From a virus, in IMG/VR virus record IMGVR_UViG_3300045988_082442, positions 149,709 to 213,708 of that record: 64,000 nt of DNA. The stretch is one strand, 5' to 3'. The translations under genes and the position numbers were made by a program. The number at the start of each line of letters is the position of its first letter. The stretch's first letter is position 1. This document shows, piece after piece, positions 35,345 through 44,755 of this stretch. Below the pieces are notes generated by a model, which was not told the origin of the DNA, searched no databases, and saw nothing but the letters and a program-made list of their open reading frames with translations.

Positions 35345-35704
35345 ATGAGTTTAGAAGGATTTGATACTGATATATCTAATAAGGAAGTAATGAGAGCAAT
35401 TCCAGAGGAGATTAAAAGAAAAATAAATGAACATGGAGCAATATGTGATTATTTAAAAGATTTATATAAAACTAAAAATGCTGATTATGGGGATTGTATG
35501 CACCCACTATTTAAAGAATATGGTTTAACTGCATTCTTAGTAATGTTAGACATAAAGTTAAGTAGAATAAAATCATTACAATATAAATCTAATCATTATG
35601 AAAGTCTTGAAGATAGTTTGTTAGATTTAGCTAATTATGCTATGATAGCAGTAACAGAATTAAGAGATAAGAAAAATAATCATAAAACACTTGACAAAAT
35701 TTAA
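35345..35704 (+). CDS. DUF1599-like protein (all-alpha NTP-pyrophosphohydrolase-like), 119 aa
   Basis: KNADYGD...DIKLSRIKSL...ESLEDSLLDLANYAMIA matches the remembered DUF1599 pattern. Confidence 0.5.
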   Translation: MSLEGFDTDISNKEVMRAIPEEIKRKINEHGAICDYLKDLYKTKNADYGDCMHPLFKEYGLTAFLVMLDIKLSRIKSLQYKSNHYESLEDSLLDLANYAMIAVTELRDKKNNHKTLDKI

Positions 35705-35719
35705 AACTTATTGTATAAT
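35691..35719 (+). promoter_or_regulatory. early-type promoter cassette with extended -10 (TGTATAAT), overlapping the 3' end of 35345..35704
   Basis: TTGACAAAATTTAAAACTTATTG TATAAT. Confidence 0.7.
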
Positions 35720-35759
35720 TGTCTTAAAATAAGTTTATAATAAGTGAAAGGTGATTGAG

Positions 35760-36200
35760 ATGAAAAAAGAGGATATAGTTACAAAAGAAACAATGAGGAT
35801 GATAATTGAAGAAGAAAAAGAACAATTATTTGAAATGGCTAACTTACAACCAAGAACAACAGGACTAAAAACAGTATTATACTCAACATTCGATGGTGAC
35901 GAAGAAAGTTATCAACATAGTAGTCCGAGAGTTAAAATAAAAACAATAAATGCAGGAAGATTTCCAATATTATTAGAACCTAATGTAGAGCCATTAAATA
36001 GTAATGGTGAATATAATAGATTAAAAAATGAAGACTTAAAAATAGTAGATGAAGCCGTTGAGTATGTTAAAGAAAATAAAGAATCTTTTCTATCTCATTG
36101 GTATGGTAGAATAGGTGATGAGCAATTGAGAAAAGTATTGACTGGAATAATGTCATTAAAAGAAGCAGAAGAAGATGCAATGCAAAATGGAGTTGAATAA
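35760..36200 (+). CDS. hypothetical protein, 146 aa
   Basis: Promoter 35691-35719; ATG 35760 preferred to GTG 35751 by RBS spacing. Confidence 0.7.
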   Translation: MKKEDIVTKETMRMIIEEEKEQLFEMANLQPRTTGLKTVLYSTFDGDEESYQHSSPRVKIKTINAGRFPILLEPNVEPLNSNGEYNRLKNEDLKIVDEAVEYVKENKESFLSHWYGRIGDEQLRKVLTGIMSLKEAEEDAMQNGVE

Positions 36201-36217
36201 ATAAATTTAATTTTTAA

Positions 36218-36257
36218 AAAGTATCTAAAATTATTAGATACTTTCTTTTTTGTTTTT
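36218..36257 (+). terminator. rho-independent terminator
   Basis: AAAGTATCTA / TAGATACTTT stem plus T-rich tail. Confidence 0.8.
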
Positions 36258-36273
36258 GTAAAATATTAATGAG
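36258..36273 (+). promoter_or_regulatory. late-type motif copy 10
   Basis: After terminator 36218-36257; 146 nt before GTG 36419. Confidence 0.6.
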
Positions 36274-36418
36274 GCGAATAGTCTATACAAAATTAAATAC
36301 TTTGGTATGGTGGGAAAGGCTCTGGGATACAGAGATGTCATACATATATAATATAAATTCAAGACCCTAGTTCTATCCCATCGACTAGGGTCTTATTATA
36401 TGAAAGGAGGAAACTTAA

Positions 36419-38146
36419 GTGTTTATAAAACTTAAAGATGGAAGAAAGCTAAATCTATTTTATTTATCAGATTGTTTCATTGGTAAACATGATAAGACAG
36501 TAGTTATCTTTTATTTAGTAAATAGTGTGAAAATAATAGAAGGATATGCAACACCAGAAGAAGCTGAGGCGAGAGTAAAAGAAGTTGATTTAGCAATGGA
36601 AGCAGCAAGAGGTGGAGGATTAATTCAAAAAGATACTTTTTCAGATTTTCCTGATAAAGGAAATAAAGGATTTGTTTATATAGCAAAAGATACAGGTCAA
36701 ACATATTATTGGGATGAAATAACAAAAACATACATCTCAACAGGTACTGCTGGTAGAACTGGTGTTTATTCTACTGATATTGCTTTACCTGTAACAATAG
36801 GTTCTGAAATTAAAATAAATAAGTCAGACCTAACTGAAATATTAAAACCAACAGTAGATTATTCAGATGGTTCTGAAATAATAGGAAATAATAATATGCA
36901 TGGTATTATTGTAGGAAGTGATGCTACGACAGTTACTGTAAAAACAATAACTGACTTAACAATAGATAGCTTTCAACAAGTAGAAACACTATCTGATTTA
37001 CCAGCAACAAATACACCTAATGTTTTATACTATGTTAAAGATATAGACGAGTTTAGAGTTTGGGACGATACAACAAATTCATGGGTAGAACCATTCCACC
37101 CTATAATATTTGGTACTGTAAATGTAGCAGATGCTAGAACAGGAACATTGTATGTTGAAGATGGTGTTGCTAAGTACACAATTGACAATGTAAATTGGAT
37201 TGAATTAGATAAACATGTCTTTGAGTATAATAAAGATACAGATTATCTAAAAGATACTTTTGTGTATGTAGGTGATTTAACTGCAAGAGTTGTAGCTGAT
37301 TATAAATCAGATAATACGAAACCAACAATAGCAGAATCATTTGAAAAAGATATAGCAGATGGTAAATTAGCACTAGTAAGTGCATCAGCAGAATTAGAAA
37401 GGGACATTACTTCAAATGTTGACTGTGGTGCAGCTCCAAAAGGTTCTTTCTTCCCAGAAGGAATGTCATTTACAGATTTTGCTGAAAAGATACTAAGAAA
37501 AGATATAGTACCAACAATAAGTACTTCATTCTCAAATTCTGGAGTAAAACAAGTTGGCTCAACAGTAAATAATACATTAATGAAATTAACAATAACAAAT
37601 TTAGCTGATGTTACAGTAGGAGTAAATACAATAGATTTCTATATAGGAACTACATTAGTTGATAGTCAACCATTTGTAGCAGGTCAAAATGTATATCAAT
37701 ATAATTACACAACACCTATTACATCTAATACACCAACAACAATCACTGCGAAAGCAGTATTGACATATCAAACAAGTAAAAAAGCTCAAGGAACTGGAAA
37801 CTTTATATTTGTTTACCCATCATATTCAGGAGTTACAAAATTAGCAACAATTACAGATGCTGATGCAACAGGATTCCAAACAACATTTACTAAAAATGTT
37901 AAAACAGCAAAAGGCTATACATGGAACAATATAACTGTAAATGATGAAAGATTCTGTTATATGTACCCAAAATCAATGGGAGCTTTAACAAGTATTATAG
38001 ATGGAAATGGATTTAATCAAATGGATTCATATACAAGATTTACAGTAAATGTTACAGACGCTACTACAAGTAATGTAGAACCTTATTATGTTTATTTATT
38101 AACTGACCCAACAACAGGTACAGGATTTAAACAAGTATATGCTTAA
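36419..38146 (+). CDS. tail fibre protein, 575 aa, GTG start
   Basis: AAGGAGG 8 nt before GTG; shares the LARVV.DY.SDN module with 38165 and 40969 products. Confidence 0.75.
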   Translation: MFIKLKDGRKLNLFYLSDCFIGKHDKTVVIFYLVNSVKIIEGYATPEEAEARVKEVDLAMEAARGGGLIQKDTFSDFPDKGNKGFVYIAKDTGQTYYWDEITKTYISTGTAGRTGVYSTDIALPVTIGSEIKINKSDLTEILKPTVDYSDGSEIIGNNNMHGIIVGSDATTVTVKTITDLTIDSFQQVETLSDLPATNTPNVLYYVKDIDEFRVWDDTTNSWVEPFHPIIFGTVNVADARTGTLYVEDGVAKYTIDNVNWIELDKHVFEYNKDTDYLKDTFVYVGDLTARVVADYKSDNTKPTIAESFEKDIADGKLALVSASAELERDITSNVDCGAAPKGSFFPEGMSFTDFAEKILRKDIVPTISTSFSNSGVKQVGSTVNNTLMKLTITNLADVTVGVNTIDFYIGTTLVDSQPFVAGQNVYQYNYTTPITSNTPTTITAKAVLTYQTSKKAQGTGNFIFVYPSYSGVTKLATITDADATGFQTTFTKNVKTAKGYTWNNITVNDERFCYMYPKSMGALTSIIDGNGFNQMDSYTRFTVNVTDATTSNVEPYYVYLLTDPTTGTGFKQVYA

Positions 38147-38164
38147 GAAGGGAGGAGTTAAATA

Positions 38165-40954
38165 ATGGCTATTAAAATAGCAGATAACTTTTTATATCAA
38201 GGTAGAAAACCCTTGGACAATAGAATTTTAATAGATACAGTGGCTGATATGGTGGCAATGATTCCAGCAATTATATATGATGGTATGATTGCATATGTTA
38301 AAGATACTAAAGAATACTATATGTATGATTCAACAAACACAGTTGACCCCGTATTAGCTAAATGGAGATTATTCTCAGATGGACAACCATCATTAAAAGA
38401 ATATCTACAAAATACTAAATATAAAAAAGATGACCTTGTATATTTAGGCGAAAGTTTAGCAAGAGTAGTATCAGATTTTACATCAGATAATACTAAATCT
38501 ACAATAGATGGTTCATTTGAATTTGATATTGATAATGCAAAACTAATACCAGTTGGAGCTACAACTGAGTTTAAAATATATAAGAGCAATAATGCTTTAG
38601 ATACTAATATTGATGGTATATCAACACTTCAATTTACAGATTTAGTAACTGCAGGAATTACAATAGATGATATAGAAGTTAATCAATTAGTATATGACAT
38701 CGATGGTACAGTTGCTAAAGTAGACAGCATAAATATAGGTGCTTCAACTCTAACTGTAACAACTATTACATCTAGTGGTAGTGGTGCTTCTGGAATATAT
38801 TTAAGTAATGATATACTAAATAAAACAATACTAGGTACTACATCTGTATCAATTTTAAATTTATCATGTGTAGGAACACCATCAGCATTAGAAATAAATA
38901 CTCACGTATATGATAGTGAGGGTACAGTTGCTAGAGTAAAAGGAATTAATACTGCTGGAGATATTATAGATTTAGAAACAATAACTATTTCTGGAAAAGA
39001 TTATTCTATATATAGAAGCACTAAAGAATTAAGTAGTGTTATAACAGATACTTCAATTTTATCTTTTACAGATATTATAACACCAATGGGAACTACAATA
39101 GCAGATTTAAAAGTAAATCAAATAGTATTTGATGAGAAAGGAACAGTTGCAAAAATAGATGCAGCTGATGAGGTTAATGGTAAATTTACAGTTACAACTA
39201 TGACAACCGCAGACAATATAAATCACATGCCTATCGCACCAGATACTAAAGAGTTAAAGATAAATAATGGTGGTTCAGGTTATCAAGTAGGAGATATAGT
39301 TGAAACAACCGAAACAGGTGTATTTGCAGAAATAACTTCTGTTATAGCAAGTGGTGTTATAGATGGTGTTAAGTATTCAACTAGCACAACTCAAACAACT
39401 ACTGGTACAGGTGCAATAATTGATAATAAACAAGTTATATATGGTGGTTATGGAAGTAATTGGGCTGCATTATCTGAGGCAGCAGTATTAGTTGCACAAA
39501 CACTAGTTGACCAATTTGACTATGAAGTTGGATATAGTTTTGAAATTACAGCACAAGGTACAGGATATGTAGTAGGTGATGTAGTAAGTACAGATACTAC
39601 AGGACAATTTGTTAAGGTAACTAAAATAGGTACTGCAGGTGAAATTCTTGAAGTTGAATATACAAGAAATTTAACAGCAACTACAAGTGGTACGGGTGCA
39701 GTAATCAAAGCAACTTTAGATACAAATGTATTTAAAATACCAGACCAATATTGGAATGCTGGGTTATCATTATTCTATCTAACAAATGATGATGGTGCTA
39801 GTGTTCAATATTATAGAACAGGAGATATTCTAGTTAAATATAATGCTGGTAATAATAACCAGGTTTTTGAATTTACATTTAACGAAGTAAATGGAACTAT
39901 TACACAAAAAGTAACAACAGCAGGAGGAACTACAAAAGGTTCATCTATGAAAGAATATCAAACAACTGCTACGATTAGTAGGACAATAAATGACTTAACT
40001 ATAATAAATGTAACAGATATACCAAGTGTTACAGTAGTTGCAGATTTAGAAGTAGAACAACTAGTATATGACATTAAAGGTACAGTTGCTAAAATTACAA
40101 GTATTGATACAACAACAGGAGATATTGCATTACAAACTATGACTATTTCAGGTGCTGATGGTGATTTATTTATGCCTATTGCACCAGACACAAAGGAATT
40201 GAAAATTAAAAATTCTGGTAATGGTTATGTAGTAGGAGATATAATTGAAACTACAACTACAGGTATATTTGCAACAGTAGATAGTGTTGATGCAAATGGT
40301 TCAATAACTCAAGTATCATTATCTTCAGCAACTACTCAAAGTGTAACAGGTACAGATGCTATAATTTCTTATGAACAAGTAATTTATGGTGGTTATAACA
40401 ATCAATGGGCTCCTTTAATAGATGCAGCTGTTTTAAATGCAAAAGTAGTAGCAGATATTGATGGTTACGAAATTGGTTATGATTACACAATAGCAAATGC
40501 AGGTACAGGTTATCAAGTAGGAGATATAGTTGCAACAGATATAGCTGATGTATTTATAGTAGTTAATTCTGTTGGTGCTTCTGGGGAAATTACAGATGTT
40601 GGATTTACAAGATTAAAAGCACCAAATACAACAGGCACAGGTGCAAATATAACTGCTGTACAAAATACAGATAAATTAGTTATACCTGATATTCAATGGA
40701 ATGGTGGCTGCACAATATTTGGTTTAACAAATAATGATGGTGCTTCTACCGAGTTCTGTAGAACAGGTGATATAAACACTAAATATGGTGTGAGTGAAAA
40801 TAATATATATAAATTTGAATATGATGATGTTAATGGAATAATTACACAAACTGCACTTCCTTTTGGAAATGGTTGTAGTTGTGATTCAGACTCACTAACT
40901 GATGCTGATATAGACGCAGCAATACTAGATTCATTGACAACATTAAATATATAG
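38165..40954 (+). CDS. tail fibre protein with large internal duplication, 929 aa
   Basis: Two blocks of about 230 aa, both starting MPIAPDTKELKI; four copies of a module of about 35 aa (VNQLVYDIDGTVAKVDSI type). Confidence 0.8.
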   Translation: MAIKIADNFLYQGRKPLDNRILIDTVADMVAMIPAIIYDGMIAYVKDTKEYYMYDSTNTVDPVLAKWRLFSDGQPSLKEYLQNTKYKKDDLVYLGESLARVVSDFTSDNTKSTIDGSFEFDIDNAKLIPVGATTEFKIYKSNNALDTNIDGISTLQFTDLVTAGITIDDIEVNQLVYDIDGTVAKVDSINIGASTLTVTTITSSGSGASGIYLSNDILNKTILGTTSVSILNLSCVGTPSALEINTHVYDSEGTVARVKGINTAGDIIDLETITISGKDYSIYRSTKELSSVITDTSILSFTDIITPMGTTIADLKVNQIVFDEKGTVAKIDAADEVNGKFTVTTMTTADNINHMPIAPDTKELKINNGGSGYQVGDIVETTETGVFAEITSVIASGVIDGVKYSTSTTQTTTGTGAIIDNKQVIYGGYGSNWAALSEAAVLVAQTLVDQFDYEVGYSFEITAQGTGYVVGDVVSTDTTGQFVKVTKIGTAGEILEVEYTRNLTATTSGTGAVIKATLDTNVFKIPDQYWNAGLSLFYLTNDDGASVQYYRTGDILVKYNAGNNNQVFEFTFNEVNGTITQKVTTAGGTTKGSSMKEYQTTATISRTINDLTIINVTDIPSVTVVADLEVEQLVYDIKGTVAKITSIDTTTGDIALQTMTISGADGDLFMPIAPDTKELKIKNSGNGYVVGDIIETTTTGIFATVDSVDANGSITQVSLSSATTQSVTGTDAIISYEQVIYGGYNNQWAPLIDAAVLNAKVVADIDGYEIGYDYTIANAGTGYQVGDIVATDIADVFIVVNSVGASGEITDVGFTRLKAPNTTGTGANITAVQNTDKLVIPDIQWNGGCTIFGLTNNDGASTEFCRTGDINTKYGVSENNIYKFEYDDVNGIITQTALPFGNGCSCDSDSLTDADIDAAILDSLTTLNI

Positions 40955-40968
40955 GAGGTGAGATATAG

Positions 40969-42969
40969 ATGAATTTAGCACAAGTTAAAAAATATGTAGA
41001 AGGAGTTCTAAAAGGTTGGTTTCAAAATAAGAAAATATTAGACAAATTAAGTGTAAATACAGATGGTAATCTTACCTTCGATGGTAGTGAAATTAAAGGT
41101 GGCTCTGCATCAATACTAGAATACACACAAGGAACACAATATGCAAAAGATAATCTAGTTTATGTTGACGAGGTATTAGCAAGAGTTGTTGCAGATTATA
41201 CATCAGATAATTCAAGACCTACACTACAAGATAGTTTCCAATACGATATAGACAATGGTGCATTGGTTGAGGTATCATCAGAATTAGCATCATGTTTAGG
41301 AAATGTAAGAGATGATAATACATCAAGTTTCCCTACTACAGCAAATAATGGAGATTGGGTATTAGTAGAAGATTGTGTTAACAATTTCCCAGGAGAAGCT
41401 GGTATAGCAGTATTTGATGGTGTTAGTTGGATAGTGTATAAAATACCAAGACCATCAAGTAGTTTCCCAGAACCAAGTGCTGATGGTAAGAATTACTTTA
41501 GAACATTAGATGTTGGAAATACAGTGGGTACTTGGACATTATTTGATAAAGTATCTGGAGATGAAATAGAGATAACATTAAAAACTATGAATAGTTCTGA
41601 TGTATCTTATGTTCCAAAGAAAGGTGAACTTATATTCTTACAAGATACTGGAAAATTAGTATTAGGTGATGGAACAAGTAGTTTAGGTTTATTAAAACCA
41701 TTTTATGAAGGAACACTAACAAGTGCTGATGTAATTTCAGCATTAGGGTATCAACCAGAAGATGCAAGTATGAAAGGACAACCTAATGGTTATGCTCCTT
41801 TAGGTGCAGATGGCAGAGTACCAAATGCAAACTTACCTGCAAGTTTAACAGATACTTATTCAAAATCTGAAATAGATAATAAAGATACTACAATTCAAAA
41901 TGCTGTAACTACTTTAATAAATAATGAAGCAACAACAGCAAGAGCAGCAGAAACAGCTTTAAGAACAGATTTAGATGCACATACAACAAATAATGCAATA
42001 CATGTAACTCAAACAGAAAAAGATACATGGAATGATAAAGTAGATGATGCAGATTTAGTACCATTTACAAATCATATATCAGATACAGCTATACACGTAA
42101 CACAGGCAGATAAAGATAAGTGGAATGGTATGAATAAAGCAGTATATGTTACAGATATAGCAGATTTACCTATGACAGATAATGAAGTAGGAAATATGGG
42201 TTATGTTCAAGTTTCAGAAGCAGGAGTAACACCCATAGTATGTGATACTTATATATGGGATGGAACTGCTTGGCAACTAATGGACGTAGACCAAGTATCG
42301 CTACAATTTAATTGGGGTAATTTGATAGATAGACCTACATCAACACCACTTGCAATAGACAATACTGTTAATGTTGCACACAATCATACTAATAGACTTA
42401 TATTAGATAAGATAGGGCAATCAGCAACAGGAAGCTTTACATTTGATGGTATAGAAATAGGTGTTAGAGTTAGATTTGTAGCAAATGCTGCTGCATTACC
42501 AACAGAAGGAGAAGAAGAAACTTTATATGTAGTATATGAAGATTCAAGAGTAAGAGGTTATCCATCAATATCTGTATGGAAGGATAATGCTTTCCAAATA
42601 CTTGGTAGAGGTACACAAGATACACCACAAGTAGTAGGAGATATGTCAATATTACAAGCAGAGTATTTCTCAGTAGTTCCTGATTCTAGTGTTATAATAA
42701 ATGTAACACAAAACCAATTCTTTGCATTTATGCCTTTAGAAATTCTTAAAGAAATAGAGGGTGCAAAGGGTGAGACTAGAGTAATAACAGATTTTACAGA
42801 CCCAGAAGATTTTAAATATGACCAATATCTAATAAATGTAGATGCAATTGGTAATTTGAAAATAAGATTAGAAGATTATGCTGCAACATTAGATACTGTT
42901 GGAGATAAATATTATTCACACGTAGAAATAGACTTATCAAAATATAAAGATATAGCTGGTATTCAGTAG
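40969..42969 (+). CDS. tail fibre protein, 666 aa
   Basis: Shared LARVVADYTSDN module; repeated AIHVTQ(T/A)(E/D)KD(T/K)WN motif. Confidence 0.8.
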   Translation: MNLAQVKKYVEGVLKGWFQNKKILDKLSVNTDGNLTFDGSEIKGGSASILEYTQGTQYAKDNLVYVDEVLARVVADYTSDNSRPTLQDSFQYDIDNGALVEVSSELASCLGNVRDDNTSSFPTTANNGDWVLVEDCVNNFPGEAGIAVFDGVSWIVYKIPRPSSSFPEPSADGKNYFRTLDVGNTVGTWTLFDKVSGDEIEITLKTMNSSDVSYVPKKGELIFLQDTGKLVLGDGTSSLGLLKPFYEGTLTSADVISALGYQPEDASMKGQPNGYAPLGADGRVPNANLPASLTDTYSKSEIDNKDTTIQNAVTTLINNEATTARAAETALRTDLDAHTTNNAIHVTQTEKDTWNDKVDDADLVPFTNHISDTAIHVTQADKDKWNGMNKAVYVTDIADLPMTDNEVGNMGYVQVSEAGVTPIVCDTYIWDGTAWQLMDVDQVSLQFNWGNLIDRPTSTPLAIDNTVNVAHNHTNRLILDKIGQSATGSFTFDGIEIGVRVRFVANAAALPTEGEEETLYVVYEDSRVRGYPSISVWKDNAFQILGRGTQDTPQVVGDMSILQAEYFSVVPDSSVIINVTQNQFFAFMPLEILKEIEGAKGETRVITDFTDPEDFKYDQYLINVDAIGNLKIRLEDYAATLDTVGDKYYSHVEIDLSKYKDIAGIQ

Positions 42970-42986
42970 AAAGGAGGAAATCTTTA

Positions 42987-44702
42987 ATGGCTAAGAAAAT
43001 ATTACAATTCAAATCTTGTGCTCAAGGAGGAGAATATACAAGTTGGGGACAACAATCACATAAGTATTCTGGATATACTTGTATAGGAAGTAATCAAACA
43101 AATACACAAGCACAAATAGATTTAACTTATGCCTCTGACCCATTACTTGCAAATAAAGTAACTGGTATAGGTTATGGGTGGCAAAAATATATTGTACCTA
43201 CTACTGGAAAATGTAAAGTTACAGTAAGAGGAGCAGCAGGAGGTTGTTGTGGTTATACAAATGGTAAAATAGACCCAATTACTGGTGCTGTTACTGGACG
43301 TCTTAACAGAGGTGGTAGAGGTGCTAAACTTGTCGGAGATGTGGTTTTAAAGAAAGACGATGTTCTTTATATTCTTGTTGGTATGAGAGGTTGGTGTAAC
43401 TCTGGTGGTACTGACTGGGGTGCTGGAGGTGGAGGAGCTTCTGTTATATTAAGGGCAAATCCATCAGGTGCTTATAAATTCCAACCTACAAATGAACAAG
43501 TTGATGTACTATTTGTAGCAGGTGGTGGAGGAGGTTCATTTGACCAATCTTTTCACGGAAATAACTACGGAACTGACGCATCTTATAATAATGGTACATC
43601 TACTGCTGGTGGTAGTTCAGGTTCTGCTACAGGTGGGGCTGGTTTAACAGGAAATAGTTCATCTGGTTCTCAAGGCTCTGCTCGTTCATTGTTATCTGGT
43701 GCTAATCAAGTTACAACCCCTAAAACTCAAAAATACGGAGGATGGGGTGGAGGTGGACACCCTTACGATGGTGGTGGTGGAGGTGCTGGTTATTCTGGTG
43801 GCTCTGCAAACAATAATAGAGGTGGTTATGGTGGTACATCATATATCAACCCATCTCTAGTAACAGAAACATTTAGAGGATATGCCACAGTAGCAGAGGA
43901 TGGAAATAGAAACCTTACAAACCCTTGGACAGCTTATGGTTTTGTAGAGATAGAATTAGGAAGAGATGATAAAAAATATATACTTGCAGAAGATAGTGAT
44001 GGTTATAAGTGGTTTAATGGTGAAATTAATATTGACGGAACATCAAATGAAACATTTACTGACACATGGGAATTGCTAGATAATCAAGATACACCTGATG
44101 AAACAACATTTGAAACCTTTGGTAAAACTGTAATAAATAATGCAACAGGATTACAAGATAATGTAAAATTCTTAATTAGTTCTATGGAACCAGAGGAGAC
44201 AATAAGTATAGATGGTTATGTAAATGGTGCAATAGTAGAATTAACAGAAGATGCTATAACATCTGATGTATCTGCTTATAAATCATTTACACTTGATGCT
44301 AATCTATCTAATGTTGATGTTAGATTTGCAGTATCTAAAGACTTTGGTAAAACTTATCAGACATACTCTTCAGGACAATGGGTTGATATTGATATAACGA
44401 ATAAAGCAGAGTTTCAAAACAATGGTTATGAGTTAACATCATTTACAACTATACCCGCAACAGATTGGGATACTTATAATGCAAAAACATTAAGATTTGC
44501 TTTCTGCATTAGTCAAAATGGAAACTCAACAGGAGCATTATTGAAAGCAATCAGTTATATTGCAGATTTAACAGGTTCATGGAAAAGATTTACAGAAGAC
44601 CAAGCAACTTATGAATATATCTCAACAAGTCAAGTAAAAGTAACATTCTTTGAGGGTGGAAACTACAAAGTAAATTATTTAGACAAAATAATAAATACAT
44701 AG
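42987..44702 (+). CDS. glycine-rich-domain (ALK/LTK-type Gly_rich) tail protein, 571 aa
   Basis: GAAGGCCG...RGGRGAKL.GDV.L.KDDVLYILVG...GAGGGGASV...LFVAGGGGGS...GGGGAGYSGG. Confidence 0.6.
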   Translation: MAKKILQFKSCAQGGEYTSWGQQSHKYSGYTCIGSNQTNTQAQIDLTYASDPLLANKVTGIGYGWQKYIVPTTGKCKVTVRGAAGGCCGYTNGKIDPITGAVTGRLNRGGRGAKLVGDVVLKKDDVLYILVGMRGWCNSGGTDWGAGGGGASVILRANPSGAYKFQPTNEQVDVLFVAGGGGGSFDQSFHGNNYGTDASYNNGTSTAGGSSGSATGGAGLTGNSSSGSQGSARSLLSGANQVTTPKTQKYGGWGGGGHPYDGGGGGAGYSGGSANNNRGGYGGTSYINPSLVTETFRGYATVAEDGNRNLTNPWTAYGFVEIELGRDDKKYILAEDSDGYKWFNGEINIDGTSNETFTDTWELLDNQDTPDETTFETFGKTVINNATGLQDNVKFLISSMEPEETISIDGYVNGAIVELTEDAITSDVSAYKSFTLDANLSNVDVRFAVSKDFGKTYQTYSSGQWVDIDITNKAEFQNNGYELTSFTTIPATDWDTYNAKTLRFAFCISQNGNSTGALLKAISYIADLTGSWKRFTEDQATYEYISTSQVKVTFFEGGNYKVNYLDKIINT

Positions 44703-44755
44703 CCAGAAATAATCTGGTTATGTATGCCAATATAAATTTTAAAAGGAGGTAAATT

